Shown piece by piece: positions 39,864 through 49,591 of a DNA stretch of 64,000 bases. A model generated the notes under the pieces. It was not told the DNA's origin. It searched no databases and worked only from the letters and a program-made list of their open reading frames with translations. Where the stretch lies: positions 73,627 to 137,626 of the forward strand of contig CAVDBL010000004.1 of the NCBI GenBank assembly GCA_963607345.1, in the 5' to 3' direction. Position 1 is the stretch's first letter, and each line of letters opens with the position of its first letter. The stretch comes from Bifidobacteriaceae bacterium. Its GTDB lineage: Bacteria > Bacteroidota > Bacteroidia > Bacteroidales > Marinilabiliaceae. The position numbers and the translations under genes are program-made.

Positions 39864-40475
39864 ATGAACATTACTTCCGCGCAGTTCCTTGTAAGCAGTG
39901 CCAAAGTCGGGCAATGCCCAAATTCCTCACAACCCGAGTTCGCTTTCATTGGTCGCTCCAATGTTGGCAAGTCCTCGCTGATCAACATGCTGTGCAACCA
40001 GAAAGGTCTCGCCAAAGTGTCCGCCACTCCCGGTAAGACCCAGCTTATCAACCATTTCAATATCAATAACGGAGAGTGGTATCTTGTCGACCTCCCAGGC
40101 TATGGTTACGCCAAAGTTCCTCTCGGCGAGAAAGCCAAGTTCCAATCTATCATAACGGACTACGCTCTCAAGCGCGAGCAGCTTACCTCCCTCTTTGTGC
40201 TCGTCGATGTTCGTCACCCGATGCAAACAATCGACCGCAACTTCATGGAGTTCCTTGGCATAAATGGTGTGCCTTTTGCCATCATCTTCACTAAGGCCGA
40301 TAAGCTGTCCGAGACCCAAATAGACAAGCAGGTTGAGGCATATCGGCAAGAAATGCTCAAGACGTGGCAGTCCCTTCCCCCAATGTTTGTAACTTCGTCC
40401 GCCAAATTCAAGGGGCGAGAGCTTATCCTTGATTATATAGGCAGTGTTATAAAAAATTTGGCTGCAAATAAATGA
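39864..40475 (+). CDS. engB: Ribosome biogenesis GTPase YihA/YsxC
   Basis: FIGRSNVGKSSLINML (G1), ATPGKTQ, DLPGYGY (G3), TKADK (G4). Confidence 0.9.
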   Translation: MNITSAQFLVSSAKVGQCPNSSQPEFAFIGRSNVGKSSLINMLCNQKGLAKVSATPGKTQLINHFNINNGEWYLVDLPGYGYAKVPLGEKAKFQSIITDYALKREQLTSLFVLVDVRHPMQTIDRNFMEFLGINGVPFAIIFTKADKLSETQIDKQVEAYRQEMLKTWQSLPPMFVTSSAKFKGRELILDYIGSVIKNLAANK

Positions 40476-41992
40476 TTCGTCTCTTTCTGACGCTATTGTC
40501 GCTTTTGGCGTCAGCCATCCTTTGGGCGCAGAAGATGCCAGAGGAACTGATGGAGCGCGAGATGCGAGGCATCTGGGTCGCGTCGGTCGCCAATATCGAC
40601 TGGCCTTCCGCTCCTGGGCTGTCTGAGGAAGCTCTGTGCCGTGAAGCCGATGCTATCCTCGACCGTTCAGTCGCCATGGGGCTTAATGTCGTCTTCCTTC
40701 AGGTTCGCCCTTCCAGCGACGCACTCTATCGCTCGTCCATCGAGCCGCCCTCTTACTATCTCGTGGGGACTAATTTCGATGCCCCCCTCTCTTTCGACCC
40801 CCTGACTTATTGGATAGAGGGCGCTCATCGTCGCGGGCTCGAGCTGCATGCTTGGATAAACCCCTTCCGTGTCACGCCAAAGGCCGATTTCCCCACAGCT
40901 CCAAGCCACATAGCGTCGCGCCATCCCGAGTGGATTATAAAGTACAATAATAAGCTCTATCTCGACCCCGGAATCCCCGAGGCGCGCCAATACGTCACCA
41001 AGGTCGTCATGGACATCGTATCCCGATATGACATCGACGGCATTCACTTCGACGACTATTTCTACCCATACCCAGCCAAAGGCGAGGTTTTCGATGACAG
41101 CAAGTCATTTGCTAAATTCAACCCTCTGCACTTGACGCAAGCTAATTGGCGACGCTCTAATGTCACTGCGGTAATAGCCTCAGTGTCAGAGGAAATCCGA
41201 AAAGAGAAGCCATGGGTTCAGTTCGGAATAAGCCCATTCGGCGTATGGCGCAATAAGCGTGATGATGCCAAAGGCTCAGATACGAAGGCTGGCGTCTCAG
41301 ACTACGACGTCCTCTATGCCGACATTCTTAACTGGATTGACGATAGCCTCATAGACTATGTCGTCCCGCAAGTCTATTGGGAGCATGGAAACAAATGGTG
41401 CGATTTCGACGTGCTCCAACGATGGTGGGGTGAGCGAAGCACCGATGCTACCAAGGTCTTTATCGGTCATGCGGTATTCAAGATTAATGATGGCAAGGTT
41501 CCTAACGCAGGTTGGAATGCTAAGTCCGAGATGCCTGACCAAATTTCTAAGGTACGCAAGAATAGTAAGCTCGATGGAAGTGTCTATTTCAGCTTCCGAC
41601 AGTTCAACCGCGATATCTTAGGTTTTGAAGATTACCTTTCCTCCGATTTCTATCGTGATAAGGCACTCCAAGTCCCTGTGACAAAAGGCCATGCCGACGA
41701 GATAACTATTACGCATCTTGAGCGCGATGGCCGCACCCTTACATGGGACGTTGAAGGCGACACTTCGCAAGTCCGCTTTTTCGTAGTCTACCGCACGCCG
41801 CGTGCCGAGTCCGAAAAGATAGGTGTCAATGAGACGATCTTATGTATCGTAGACCGCCCAAGTGTCAACCTCACTGTCTGCCAAGGCAAGCGTCAACGTT
41901 ATGTCTATCGTGTGGCTGCCGTTGACAAGTATCGTGTCGTCCATGGTCTCTCGCGTCGTATCACAGTCCGAGAGGGAGGGGGAGAGTATTAA
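40472..41992 (+). CDS. Glycoside-hydrolase-like family 10 (GHL10/DUF187, YngK-like) secreted protein
   Basis: Signal peptide, then RGIWVASVANIDWPS...GLNVVFLQVRP...LELHAWINPFRV...IDGIHFDDYFYP, typical of that family as I recall it. Confidence 0.68.
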   Translation: MIRLFLTLLSLLASAILWAQKMPEELMEREMRGIWVASVANIDWPSAPGLSEEALCREADAILDRSVAMGLNVVFLQVRPSSDALYRSSIEPPSYYLVGTNFDAPLSFDPLTYWIEGAHRRGLELHAWINPFRVTPKADFPTAPSHIASRHPEWIIKYNNKLYLDPGIPEARQYVTKVVMDIVSRYDIDGIHFDDYFYPYPAKGEVFDDSKSFAKFNPLHLTQANWRRSNVTAVIASVSEEIRKEKPWVQFGISPFGVWRNKRDDAKGSDTKAGVSDYDVLYADILNWIDDSLIDYVVPQVYWEHGNKWCDFDVLQRWWGERSTDATKVFIGHAVFKINDGKVPNAGWNAKSEMPDQISKVRKNSKLDGSVYFSFRQFNRDILGFEDYLSSDFYRDKALQVPVTKGHADEITITHLERDGRTLTWDVEGDTSQVRFFVVYRTPRAESEKIGVNETILCIVDRPSVNLTVCQGKRQRYVYRVAAVDKYRVVHGLSRRITVREGGGEY

Positions 41993-42003
41993 TAGTTGAT
42001 CCC

Positions 42004-42444
42004 ATGCTGCGTCGCGACTACATTTTAAAGCTCATACAAGATCTTTTCGCCGCCATATCCAATCTTCTTGAGCGGGATGGCGATGAAGCCGTGCGCCAGA
42101 AAGAGGTAGAGGCTCTCTATGCAACGTTCGGAGGAGACAAGGATTTCTTCCGTAAGGCAGAGGATGACGAGATGATTTCCACCGTCGCAAAGGTGGCAGC
42201 CTCCGCACAAGGTGTGGATCCCGATCAACTATCAGCCGACGAGATGCTCCAGCGCATAGAGCTTCTTGCAGCACTTATGTATGCGGACTTCAAAGTGTCC
42301 AACATTTCTGATAACCTCCGTAGAGATGTCGCGGTCCGTGCGCTCTCGCTATACAATAGGGTTATAGATTCTTCCGACACTTATTCTCAAGAACGTTTCG
42401 ACCGAGTGGACGAGTTGGAGCGTTTCTTGTCCAAGGGTAAATAA
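42004..42444 (+). CDS. Hypothetical helical protein
   Basis: ORF with host-like codon usage. No family recognised. Confidence 0.4.
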   Translation: MLRRDYILKLIQDLFAAISNLLERDGDEAVRQKEVEALYATFGGDKDFFRKAEDDEMISTVAKVAASAQGVDPDQLSADEMLQRIELLAALMYADFKVSNISDNLRRDVAVRALSLYNRVIDSSDTYSQERFDRVDELERFLSKGK

Positions 42445-42483
42445 TTTCTTTCAACAGTTCCTAAGTTGATTAAGCAGATTACT

Positions 42484-44025
42484 ATGAATCTCGCTCCGGC
42501 TGACGCTGCCGACGAGACTTTCTGCCGTCGCAAGGCGGCGAATGATATTGATGTCAATGAGGCTTCCATTGTAGCAATGCGCCTTGTTAGACGTTCCATT
42601 GATGCTCGCCATAAGAGCGTTACAGTGACTCTGACCTTTGATGTCTTTGTCGATGAGGAACCGCAGCCAGAGAGACTGGAACTTCCTGGGTACAAGGATG
42701 TTCGCTCTGCTGACCCGGTCGTTGTCGTGGGTGCGGGTCCTGGAGGTCTCTTTGCCGCCCTACGTCTTATAGAGCTCGGTCTCCGTCCCATCGTCTTGGA
42801 GCGAGGCAAGGATGTGAGTGAGCGCAAGAAGGATCTTGCCCAGTTGAATCGTAATGTCACTCTCGATCCCGAGTCGAACTATGCTTTTGGCGAGGGTGGT
42901 GCAGGCACTTTCTCTGATGGCAAGCTGTTCACTCGCAGCACCAAGCGCGGCTCGGTCCGCAAGATTCTCGAAGTCTTCTGCCACCATGGCGCGCAGCACG
43001 ATATCCTTATCGATGCGCACCCTCATATCGGTACCGACAAGCTCCCATACGTCATAAAGGCAATGCGCGAGACCATCATTGAGAATGGCGGCGATGTGCG
43101 TTTCGGAGCCAAGGTGACCGACCTCCTTACAGATGGAAAGAAGGCTACGGGTGTGCGCCTGTCTGATGGTACTACTGTCGAGGGGCGTGCGGTGATATTG
43201 GCGACAGGTCACTCTGCTCGCGATGTCTATGAGATGCTACTCCGTCAAGGCGTGGCTCTTGAGGCTAAGACGTGGGCCATGGGTGTACGTGTTGAGCATC
43301 CTCAAGATCTCATTGATGAAATCCAATACCATAGTCCAGATGGGCGTGGCGAGTATCTCCCACCAGCATCATATTCAATGGTTACGCAGGTCGAGGGACG
43401 TGGTGTTTACTCCTTCTGCATGTGCCCTGGTGGCTTCATCGTTCCAGCCATGACGGGCCCTAACCAACAGGTTGTCAATGGTATGTCACCATCTCATCGT
43501 GGTTCCCCATTTGCAAATAGTGGCATTGTCGTCGAGGTACGCCCAGAGGATATTGGTCAGTTTGCCGATGATGGCGTATTAGGCGGTCTCCATTACCAAG
43601 CGGAGTTGGAGCGTCTCGCCTACATCAATGGCGGTCACGGAGTTGTCGCTCCAGCTCAAGGTCTTGCAGATTTTGTTGATGGGCGACTTTCATACGAGCT
43701 GCCAGAGTGTTCTTATGTCCCTGGACTTGTGTCCTCGCCTTTGCATTTTTGGTTGCCAGACAATATAGGCATGCGCCTGCGCAAGGGTTTTGAGGATTTC
43801 GACCGTCATGCACGAGGTTTCGTGACCAACGAGGCTCTTGTTGTCGGAGTCGAGAGCCGCACCTCATCTCCTGTCCGCATTTCACGAAATACCGAGACTC
43901 TTGAGAGTTTGAGCCTCAGTGGTCTCTATCCGTGTGGTGAGGGGGCAGGCTATGCCGGAGGCATCGTCTCTTCCGCAATAGATGGAGAGCTTTGTGCCGA
44001 GATGGTTGCTCAATCGCTGCGTTAA
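42484..44025 (+). CDS. FAD-dependent oxidoreductase (COG2509-like)
   Basis: Rossmann motif VVVGAGPGGLFAALRL, followed by ...GEGGAGTFSDGKL... and the C-terminal YPCGEGAGYAGGI. The ATG at 42484 is used; the listed ORF starts at TTG 42466. Confidence 0.75.
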   Translation: MNLAPADAADETFCRRKAANDIDVNEASIVAMRLVRRSIDARHKSVTVTLTFDVFVDEEPQPERLELPGYKDVRSADPVVVVGAGPGGLFAALRLIELGLRPIVLERGKDVSERKKDLAQLNRNVTLDPESNYAFGEGGAGTFSDGKLFTRSTKRGSVRKILEVFCHHGAQHDILIDAHPHIGTDKLPYVIKAMRETIIENGGDVRFGAKVTDLLTDGKKATGVRLSDGTTVEGRAVILATGHSARDVYEMLLRQGVALEAKTWAMGVRVEHPQDLIDEIQYHSPDGRGEYLPPASYSMVTQVEGRGVYSFCMCPGGFIVPAMTGPNQQVVNGMSPSHRGSPFANSGIVVEVRPEDIGQFADDGVLGGLHYQAELERLAYINGGHGVVAPAQGLADFVDGRLSYELPECSYVPGLVSSPLHFWLPDNIGMRLRKGFEDFDRHARGFVTNEALVVGVESRTSSPVRISRNTETLESLSLSGLYPCGEGAGYAGGIVSSAIDGELCAEMVAQSLR

Positions 44026-44036
44026 GATATTGCGCT

Positions 44037-45956
44037 ATGGCTGTGGATGATAAGGAATATCTCGCAATTCTCAAGAAGTATTGGGGGTACGACTCATTCC
44101 GATCCATCCAGTTAGATATTATACGTTCCATAGGCGAAGGTCGCGACACGTTAGGGCTTATGCCCACAGGTGGCGGAAAGTCGATAACCTTTCAAGTCCC
44201 TGCACTTGCGCAAGATGGGGTGTGCATAGTCGTCACGCCTCTTCTCGCACTGATGAAAGACCAGGTCTCATCGCTTCGGCGCAAAGGCATATTGGCTCAT
44301 GCGGTGAACTCCATGATGAGCCATGAGCAGATGCTTGCAGCATATGACAACTGCATATTCCACGCTTGCAAGTTTCTGTACCTCTCGCCCGAGCGTCTAT
44401 CTACGGACCTTTTTCAATTAAAGGTGGCGCAGATGGATGTCTCGATGCTCGTTGTTGATGAGGCGCACTGCATTTCTCAATGGGGGTATGACTTCCGTCC
44501 CTCGTATCTTAACATAGCAGAAGCCCGTCAGTTGTTGCCCGACGTTCCCGTGTTGGCATTGACTGCAACGGCAACGCCGAGAGTGGCAGACGACATTATG
44601 CTCCGCCTCAAATTCCGTCAGCCGAACCTCTTCTCAATGAGTTTCGCACGCACGAACCTGGCCTATGTGGTCAGGCAGGCGGAGGATAAGGAGCAGCAGA
44701 TGGTACGCATATTACGCTCTGTTGAGGGCTCTGCCATTGTCTATGTCCGAAGCCGCAAGAGAACTCGTGACTATGCAGACCTATTGAAGGCGCAGGGTTT
44801 TTCTGCCGACTACTTTCATGCAGGTCTTGACGCCAAGGAGAAGGACAGACGGCAAGACGATTGGACAAAGGGTAAGACTCGTATCATTGTGTGTACCAAT
44901 GCTTTCGGAATGGGCATTGACAAACCAGACGTTCGTGTAGTCATCCACATTGATTCACCAGAGTCGATAGAGGCGTACTTTCAAGAGGCGGGACGTGCTG
45001 GGCGAGATGGTCAAAAATCGTATGCCGTCCTGTTGTGGTCGAATGCCGATGCGACAAATCTGCGTCGGCACGTGACGTCAGCTTTCCCTCCGATGGATTT
45101 TGTAAAGGGCGTGTACAATAGCATCTGCAACCGGTATGAGATAGGGGTAGGAAGTGGGGACGGATACGTTGCAGAATTTAATATAGACAGATTTTGCCAC
45201 GAGACGCATCGTCAGGTGGCGATGACGCTTGGAGCTTTGGCGATATTGGAGCGTGCAGGCTATATGGAGTACCAGCCCAATGTCGATTTGATGTCGCGTC
45301 TCATGTTTCTTGTTGAGCGCAACCGCCTATACCGAGTCGAAGAGGCATTCCCTCATTTAGCCCCCTTGATAAAGGCTGTTTTGCGAAGCTATACGGGGCT
45401 TTTCATGGAGTTTGCTACAATAAGCGAGGAGAAGATAGGCAAGATGTGCGGACTGGTTCAACAAGAGGTGTACGAGCGGCTGTTGGAATTGGACCGTTTG
45501 GGCATCGTGACATATAACCCACAGAAGCACACAGAGCTGATAACGTGGCTGCAAGAGCGTGAAGATGAGCGTCACATGGTATTTCCCAAGAGTGTCTATG
45601 AGGATAGGCAAGCTGACGCTACACGGCGAATTGAGAGCATGATAGCTTACGGGACGAGGAATGACGTGTGTCGGAGTAGGCTGTTGTTGGAGTACTTTGG
45701 TGATAAGGAGGCTGAAGATTGTGGGCAGTGCGACGTGTGCATTGAGCGTAAAAAAGACTCGCGCACAGCAAAGGCGATGCGCGAGAATATAGAGAAAATA
45801 GTCACAAGCAAATTGTCAGAGGGTCCGTTGCCATTCGACGTGGTCCGGTGTATTGACGGCTATGACCCACGCATTGTGACGGAGGTTATCCGCATGCTTA
45901 TTGACGAGGAGGTCTTGAGCGTCGATGTCAAGAACACCTTGTCGCTCAACGATTAA
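44037..45956 (+). CDS. recQ: ATP-dependent DNA helicase RecQ
   Basis: FRSIQLDIIRSIGEGRDTLGLMPTGGGKS (motifs 0/I), VVDEAHCISQWGYDFRPSY (DEAH), TNAFGMGIDKPDVR, QEAGRAGRDG, and the zinc-binding CGQCDVC. Confidence 0.9.
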   Translation: MAVDDKEYLAILKKYWGYDSFRSIQLDIIRSIGEGRDTLGLMPTGGGKSITFQVPALAQDGVCIVVTPLLALMKDQVSSLRRKGILAHAVNSMMSHEQMLAAYDNCIFHACKFLYLSPERLSTDLFQLKVAQMDVSMLVVDEAHCISQWGYDFRPSYLNIAEARQLLPDVPVLALTATATPRVADDIMLRLKFRQPNLFSMSFARTNLAYVVRQAEDKEQQMVRILRSVEGSAIVYVRSRKRTRDYADLLKAQGFSADYFHAGLDAKEKDRRQDDWTKGKTRIIVCTNAFGMGIDKPDVRVVIHIDSPESIEAYFQEAGRAGRDGQKSYAVLLWSNADATNLRRHVTSAFPPMDFVKGVYNSICNRYEIGVGSGDGYVAEFNIDRFCHETHRQVAMTLGALAILERAGYMEYQPNVDLMSRLMFLVERNRLYRVEEAFPHLAPLIKAVLRSYTGLFMEFATISEEKIGKMCGLVQQEVYERLLELDRLGIVTYNPQKHTELITWLQEREDERHMVFPKSVYEDRQADATRRIESMIAYGTRNDVCRSRLLLEYFGDKEAEDCGQCDVCIERKKDSRTAKAMRENIEKIVTSKLSEGPLPFDVVRCIDGYDPRIVTEVIRMLIDEEVLSVDVKNTLSLND

Positions 45957-45966
45957 GTAAGGTAAC

Positions 45967-46998
45967 TTATTTATAGAGTGTCTTTTGGAAGGCGACTGTG
46001 TCTCGTCTTCTCATGATGATGCGCTCCCATGCATTATAAAGGAAACCTTGTCCATAACCGCAAATCTGGATGCAGCTTGCCCATACGCTGAGCAGAGCCA
46101 CCTTGAGGCTATGGAACTTCTTCCAAGAGTCAAGCATTATAAGCGCCCCATACGCAACTATCGGCAGAAGGAATAGAGGGGTGACTGCAAGGCTCAGTAT
46201 CAGCAGAGAGATAAGAGCCAATACGGCTACAGAGGGCAGCAGATGCACCATCTTCAACGCCCCCTTGTGGCGCATTGCCAAGTCGACACGAGCCGTGCCG
46301 GAGCAGAACGTCTGCTTGAAGAAAGAACGGAATGTGGAGCGTCGCTTGTGGTATACGAAAGTGTCGTCGACGAGGCAAAGTTTATAGCCTGCCTCTTTTA
46401 CTCTCATGCAGAGGTCTATATCCTCACCATAGCGCATGGCGGAAAAGCCTCCGACAGCGTCGAACACGTCATGTCGGATTCCCATGCTGTAGCTGCGAGG
46501 GTAGAAAGAGTCCATCTTGCTTTTGCTGCCACCGCGTATGCCGCCAGTGGTGAAGAAAGAAGTCATGGAGTAGGATATGGCCTTTTGGATGGGGGAGAAG
46601 AAACGGTGAGCTTGGTCGCGCGTGCCGAAGCAGTCCATGACCTCGGTCTTTATGTGTTGCCCTATCTTGTCGAAGAAATCGGAAGGCAGGGTGCAGTCGG
46701 AATCGAAGAAAAAGAGATATTTGCCGGAAGCGTCTTGCGCCCCTCGGTTACGTGCCGCAGCCGGTCCAGCGTTGGGCTGGGTTATATACTTGATGTTGAG
46801 CTGGTTTCGGAATTGGTCAACAGCTTCCTCGCTTGTTATCGAAGAGCCGTCCTCGACCACTATGACCTCCGTCGCCTCCTTGAAGTGTTGGATTGTCAGA
46901 GAGTCTAAAAGTTCTTTGAGCTCTTCTGGTCGGTTATAGACCGGTACTATGACAGAAATGTTGATCATCTTGGGGTTTGTGTTCCCAAATATAGTCAA
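45967..46998 (-). CDS. Family 2 glycosyltransferase with C-terminal TM segments
   Basis: ISVIVPVYNRPEELKELLDSLTIQ...VVEDGS...FFDSDC (GT-A DxD-type) with a hydrophobic C-terminal third. Confidence 0.8.
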   Translation of the reverse strand: MTIFGNTNPKMINISVIVPVYNRPEELKELLDSLTIQHFKEATEVIVVEDGSSITSEEAVDQFRNQLNIKYITQPNAGPAAARNRGAQDASGKYLFFFDSDCTLPSDFFDKIGQHIKTEVMDCFGTRDQAHRFFSPIQKAISYSMTSFFTTGGIRGGSKSKMDSFYPRSYSMGIRHDVFDAVGGFSAMRYGEDIDLCMRVKEAGYKLCLVDDTFVYHKRRSTFRSFFKQTFCSGTARVDLAMRHKGALKMVHLLPSVAVLALISLLILSLAVTPLFLLPIVAYGALIMLDSWKKFHSLKVALLSVWASCIQICGYGQGFLYNAWERIIMRRRDTVAFQKTLYK

Positions 46999-47136
46999 TG
47001 TTAGCCTATATATGTAAGGTTTGTCCCTATTTAGTGACTCTTAACAAGTTGGCTTTGCTGGATATGGGGCATGAAAAAGCCGCGTCTCATAGGCCAAAGT
47101 GGCGAATGAGGCGCGGTGTCTTGTATGTTTATTGGC

Positions 47137-47550
47137 TTAAGCCTCTTTATTCTCTTTTTCGTCTTCCTCGTTCTCGCTTACGAGACCATGGGCGAGAAGA
47201 ATGTTGTACCAAGAGACGAGCTTCTTGATGTCGGAGACGTAGATGCGCTCAGAGTCCCACTCGGGGAGGGCCTTGCCCATGAACTCTTTGAGCTCTTCGT
47301 TGGATGCTTTGGCGCTAATGCACTCTTTGCCGCCCGTGAGCTTGAAGATGTTTGCCATGACGTGAGCGAGTGTGACGTCTTCGCCAGTGGTGTACATGGA
47401 GATCTCGTGGAGAGAGCTTACGCGGGAAGTGCCGCTAACGGGGGTGCGCTTGCCGTCGGTGAGAGACTCGACGATGATGGCGTTTTTGCCTTGGGAGACG
47501 AGCTTGAAAAGCCCGCTTTTGCCTGATATTGAAAGAATACCTTCTAACAT
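47137..47550 (-). CDS. Small conserved cytoplasmic protein (possibly DUF5606-like)
   Basis: MLEGILSISGKSGLFKLVSQGKNAIIVESL... from the ATG at 47550, with host codon usage. It is the last host-like gene before the composition break. The family name is a weak recollection. Confidence 0.5.
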   Translation of the reverse strand: MLEGILSISGKSGLFKLVSQGKNAIIVESLTDGKRTPVSGTSRVSSLHEISMYTTGEDVTLAHVMANIFKLTGGKECISAKASNEELKEFMGKALPEWDSERIYVSDIKKLVSWYNILLAHGLVSENEEDEKENKEA

Positions 47551-47847
47551 CTTTTTTGTTAGTTCGTTTATCTTGGTAGTTGTCGCCCATGGGGTGGAGG
47601 GGTGAGCCTCACAGCCACGTGGGCATGATTTTTTATTACGTCGCAAAGATAAATTCTTCGAGCCATACTCTGAAATTTTTTATTGGAAGCCCTCTTGCGA
47701 GTGACGTAAAAATATCTAATTTAGCGTCTATAAAATAAGCCCCAGTAAATAGCTGAATTACAGTAAGTTGCAAAATTTGCTTTTGAGCTTTATTGGCGTT
47801 TTTTGTTCTGATTTTCGGTATAAAATCCCCGATTTCATACCCCGAAA

Positions 47848-49071
47848 ATGCAGACCTTTTCTACAGAAATCAAGTTGAGTTTCCTCTTGAGGAACACCAA
47901 GTCAACAAGTCCAACAGTTATTTATGCTTATTTAAGATTCAGAGGCAAGTTTAAAAAGTTTCCGACTGGAGTTAAGGTGTTACCTAAACACTGGAACAGG
48001 GACGCTCAATTTGCGGTCACAGGGGGTAAAATAACGGCTTTAGACAAGAGCGCCAATGTAAAGTGCAATGAAGTTTTAGAGTTGATTAGAAGGCGTTTCA
48101 AGGAGGTCGTAGAGGAGGTTGAGGGTAACGATATTCTTGACAAGGTTTACGGTCTCTTGACTGGTAAAGAAGACTGTAGCCTGCTTGACGCTTTAAACGA
48201 GGTTGTCAAGGATAAAGGCGCAATGTATCGTTTAGCTGTTGAGTGGTTAAGCAGGTACTTAAAGGAGAATCCTATTAACGTAAAAGAGCTTAATAAGATT
48301 TATCTTGAAGGTTTTAAGGAGTGGTTTTTGAGGAGCGGCAAACAGGCTATTTACATGAAGACTTTATGCTCCTGTTTAAAAACCTCATTCAAGGAGGCTA
48401 ATCTAAAAGGGCTTATAGACGACGATACATACAGCAGAATAGCCTTTTATAAATTCAACATACAGGACAAGGCGAACAGGGTTAAACCGTTCCTTTACGA
48501 CAATGAAGTAATACAGCTGTACAACGTAACAACAGAAACGGAGGACGAACGTACTGTTGTAGACCTCTTTATTCTTGAATGTACATTAGGTCAACGTGTT
48601 GGCGATACAGGGCGAATAGACGAATGTGTCAAGAAGGTAGGCGACAAGTGGATTCTGGAGCTTGTTCAGCAGAAGACGAAGAAAAGGGTCGTTTGTGATG
48701 TTCTTTTCAAGCTGCCAATAGAGATACTGGAGCGCAACAGGTTTAACATTCCCGAAATAGACATAAGCCGCTACAATAGGCTTATTAAGAAATTAGCTCA
48801 ACGAGCTGGACTGAACAGGCTTTTTGAGGTTGAGAAGCACAGCGCCACGACAACGGTAGAGAAGAAACCTTTATACTCAATAATATCAAGTCATGTAGGC
48901 AGGCATACGTTTGACGCTTTATTAAGGATGCGAGGTTACACCCCAGCTCAAATAACTAAATACAGCGGTCATTCAGAAAAAGAGGTGTTAAGCTATACGG
49001 CTGCTTTTTACGAGGACCGTGATATAGCGTATTATGAGGCTTTAAAAGTCAAGCTTGAAATGATAAAATAA
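47848..49071 (+). CDS. Tyrosine-type site-specific integrase (phage integrase family)
   Basis: Catalytic-domain residues LGQRVGD (Arg), HVGRHTFDALL (H-x-x-R) and YSGHSEKEVLSYT (His/Tyr). 407 aa with no in-frame TAG. Stop is TAA. Confidence 0.9.
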   Translation: MQTFSTEIKLSFLLRNTKSTSPTVIYAYLRFRGKFKKFPTGVKVLPKHWNRDAQFAVTGGKITALDKSANVKCNEVLELIRRRFKEVVEEVEGNDILDKVYGLLTGKEDCSLLDALNEVVKDKGAMYRLAVEWLSRYLKENPINVKELNKIYLEGFKEWFLRSGKQAIYMKTLCSCLKTSFKEANLKGLIDDDTYSRIAFYKFNIQDKANRVKPFLYDNEVIQLYNVTTETEDERTVVDLFILECTLGQRVGDTGRIDECVKKVGDKWILELVQQKTKKRVVCDVLFKLPIEILERNRFNIPEIDISRYNRLIKKLAQRAGLNRLFEVEKHSATTTVEKKPLYSIISSHVGRHTFDALLRMRGYTPAQITKYSGHSEKEVLSYTAAFYEDRDIAYYEALKVKLEMIK

Positions 49072-49077
49072 GGGATT

Positions 49078-49173
49078 AAAAAATCCACTGAGGCATTACT
49101 ATTAAGTATTCAGTAAACTGAATACTATATAAAGGTTCGCCGCCTTGCAGGCTGCTTTACCAGGACGTTTAAC
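49078..49173 (+). repeat. Imperfect direct repeat, copy 1, upstream of the suppressor tRNA
   Basis: Shares AAAAAATCCACTGA, CAT(T/A)ACTA, TATATAAAGGT and GACGTT(T/C)AAC in the same order as 49339-49420. Contains the hairpin GTATTCAG taaa CTGAATAC. Confidence 0.6.
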
Positions 49174-49221
49174 ATTTATTACTTTATAAAGAATAATACA
49201 ACAGGTAGTATTACTAAAGAA

Positions 49222-49293
49222 TCTCCCATGGTGTAAAGGCAAGCACACCGCTCTCTAAAAGCGAAGGTTTCAGTTCGAATCTGAATAGGAGGA
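49222..49293 (+). tRNA. Suppressor tRNA, anticodon CUA (reads UAG); amino-acid identity probably Gln
   Basis: 72-nt cloverleaf. Acceptor TCTCCCA/TAGGAGG (U1.G72 wobble and one C6.A67 mismatch). U8. D-arm GTGT-AAAGGCAA-GCAC. Anticodon stem CCGCT/AGCGA (4 bp plus a terminal mismatch). Loop CTCTAAA with CTA at 49255-49257. 4-nt variable loop. T-arm TTCAG-TTCGAAT-CTGAA. Discriminator A. Confidence 0.8.
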
Positions 49294-49338
49294 CTATTAA
49301 TATGTAAAGTGTTGATTTATAATAGAATATAATGCAAG

Positions 49339-49420
49339 AAAAAATCCACTGATACATAACTACTAAATATAATACTACGTATTATATATATAAAGGTAGA
49401 CCGTCCTACAGACGTTCAAC
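49339..49420 (+). repeat. Imperfect direct repeat, copy 2, downstream of the suppressor tRNA
   Basis: See 49078-49173; same ordered sequence blocks. Confidence 0.6.
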
Positions 49421-49526
49421 CAAGAATCAAAAATTTTCTGTATATATAGTGAAAGGGAATTGTGAAGAGACAAATAATAAAGAACTGAATATATTAACGC
49501 AAACGTATTTTTTCATATTTAAGTGG

Positions 49527-49552
49527 GGTGTTACGAAACACCTTGCTTTTTT
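49527..49552 (+). terminator. Candidate intrinsic terminator closing the tRNA/repeat region
   Basis: GGTGTT acga AACACC followed by TTGCTTTTTT. Confidence 0.5.
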
Positions 49553-49591
49553 ATGAAAATTCTTTATTATTTTTCTGCATTTTCTTTTGGA

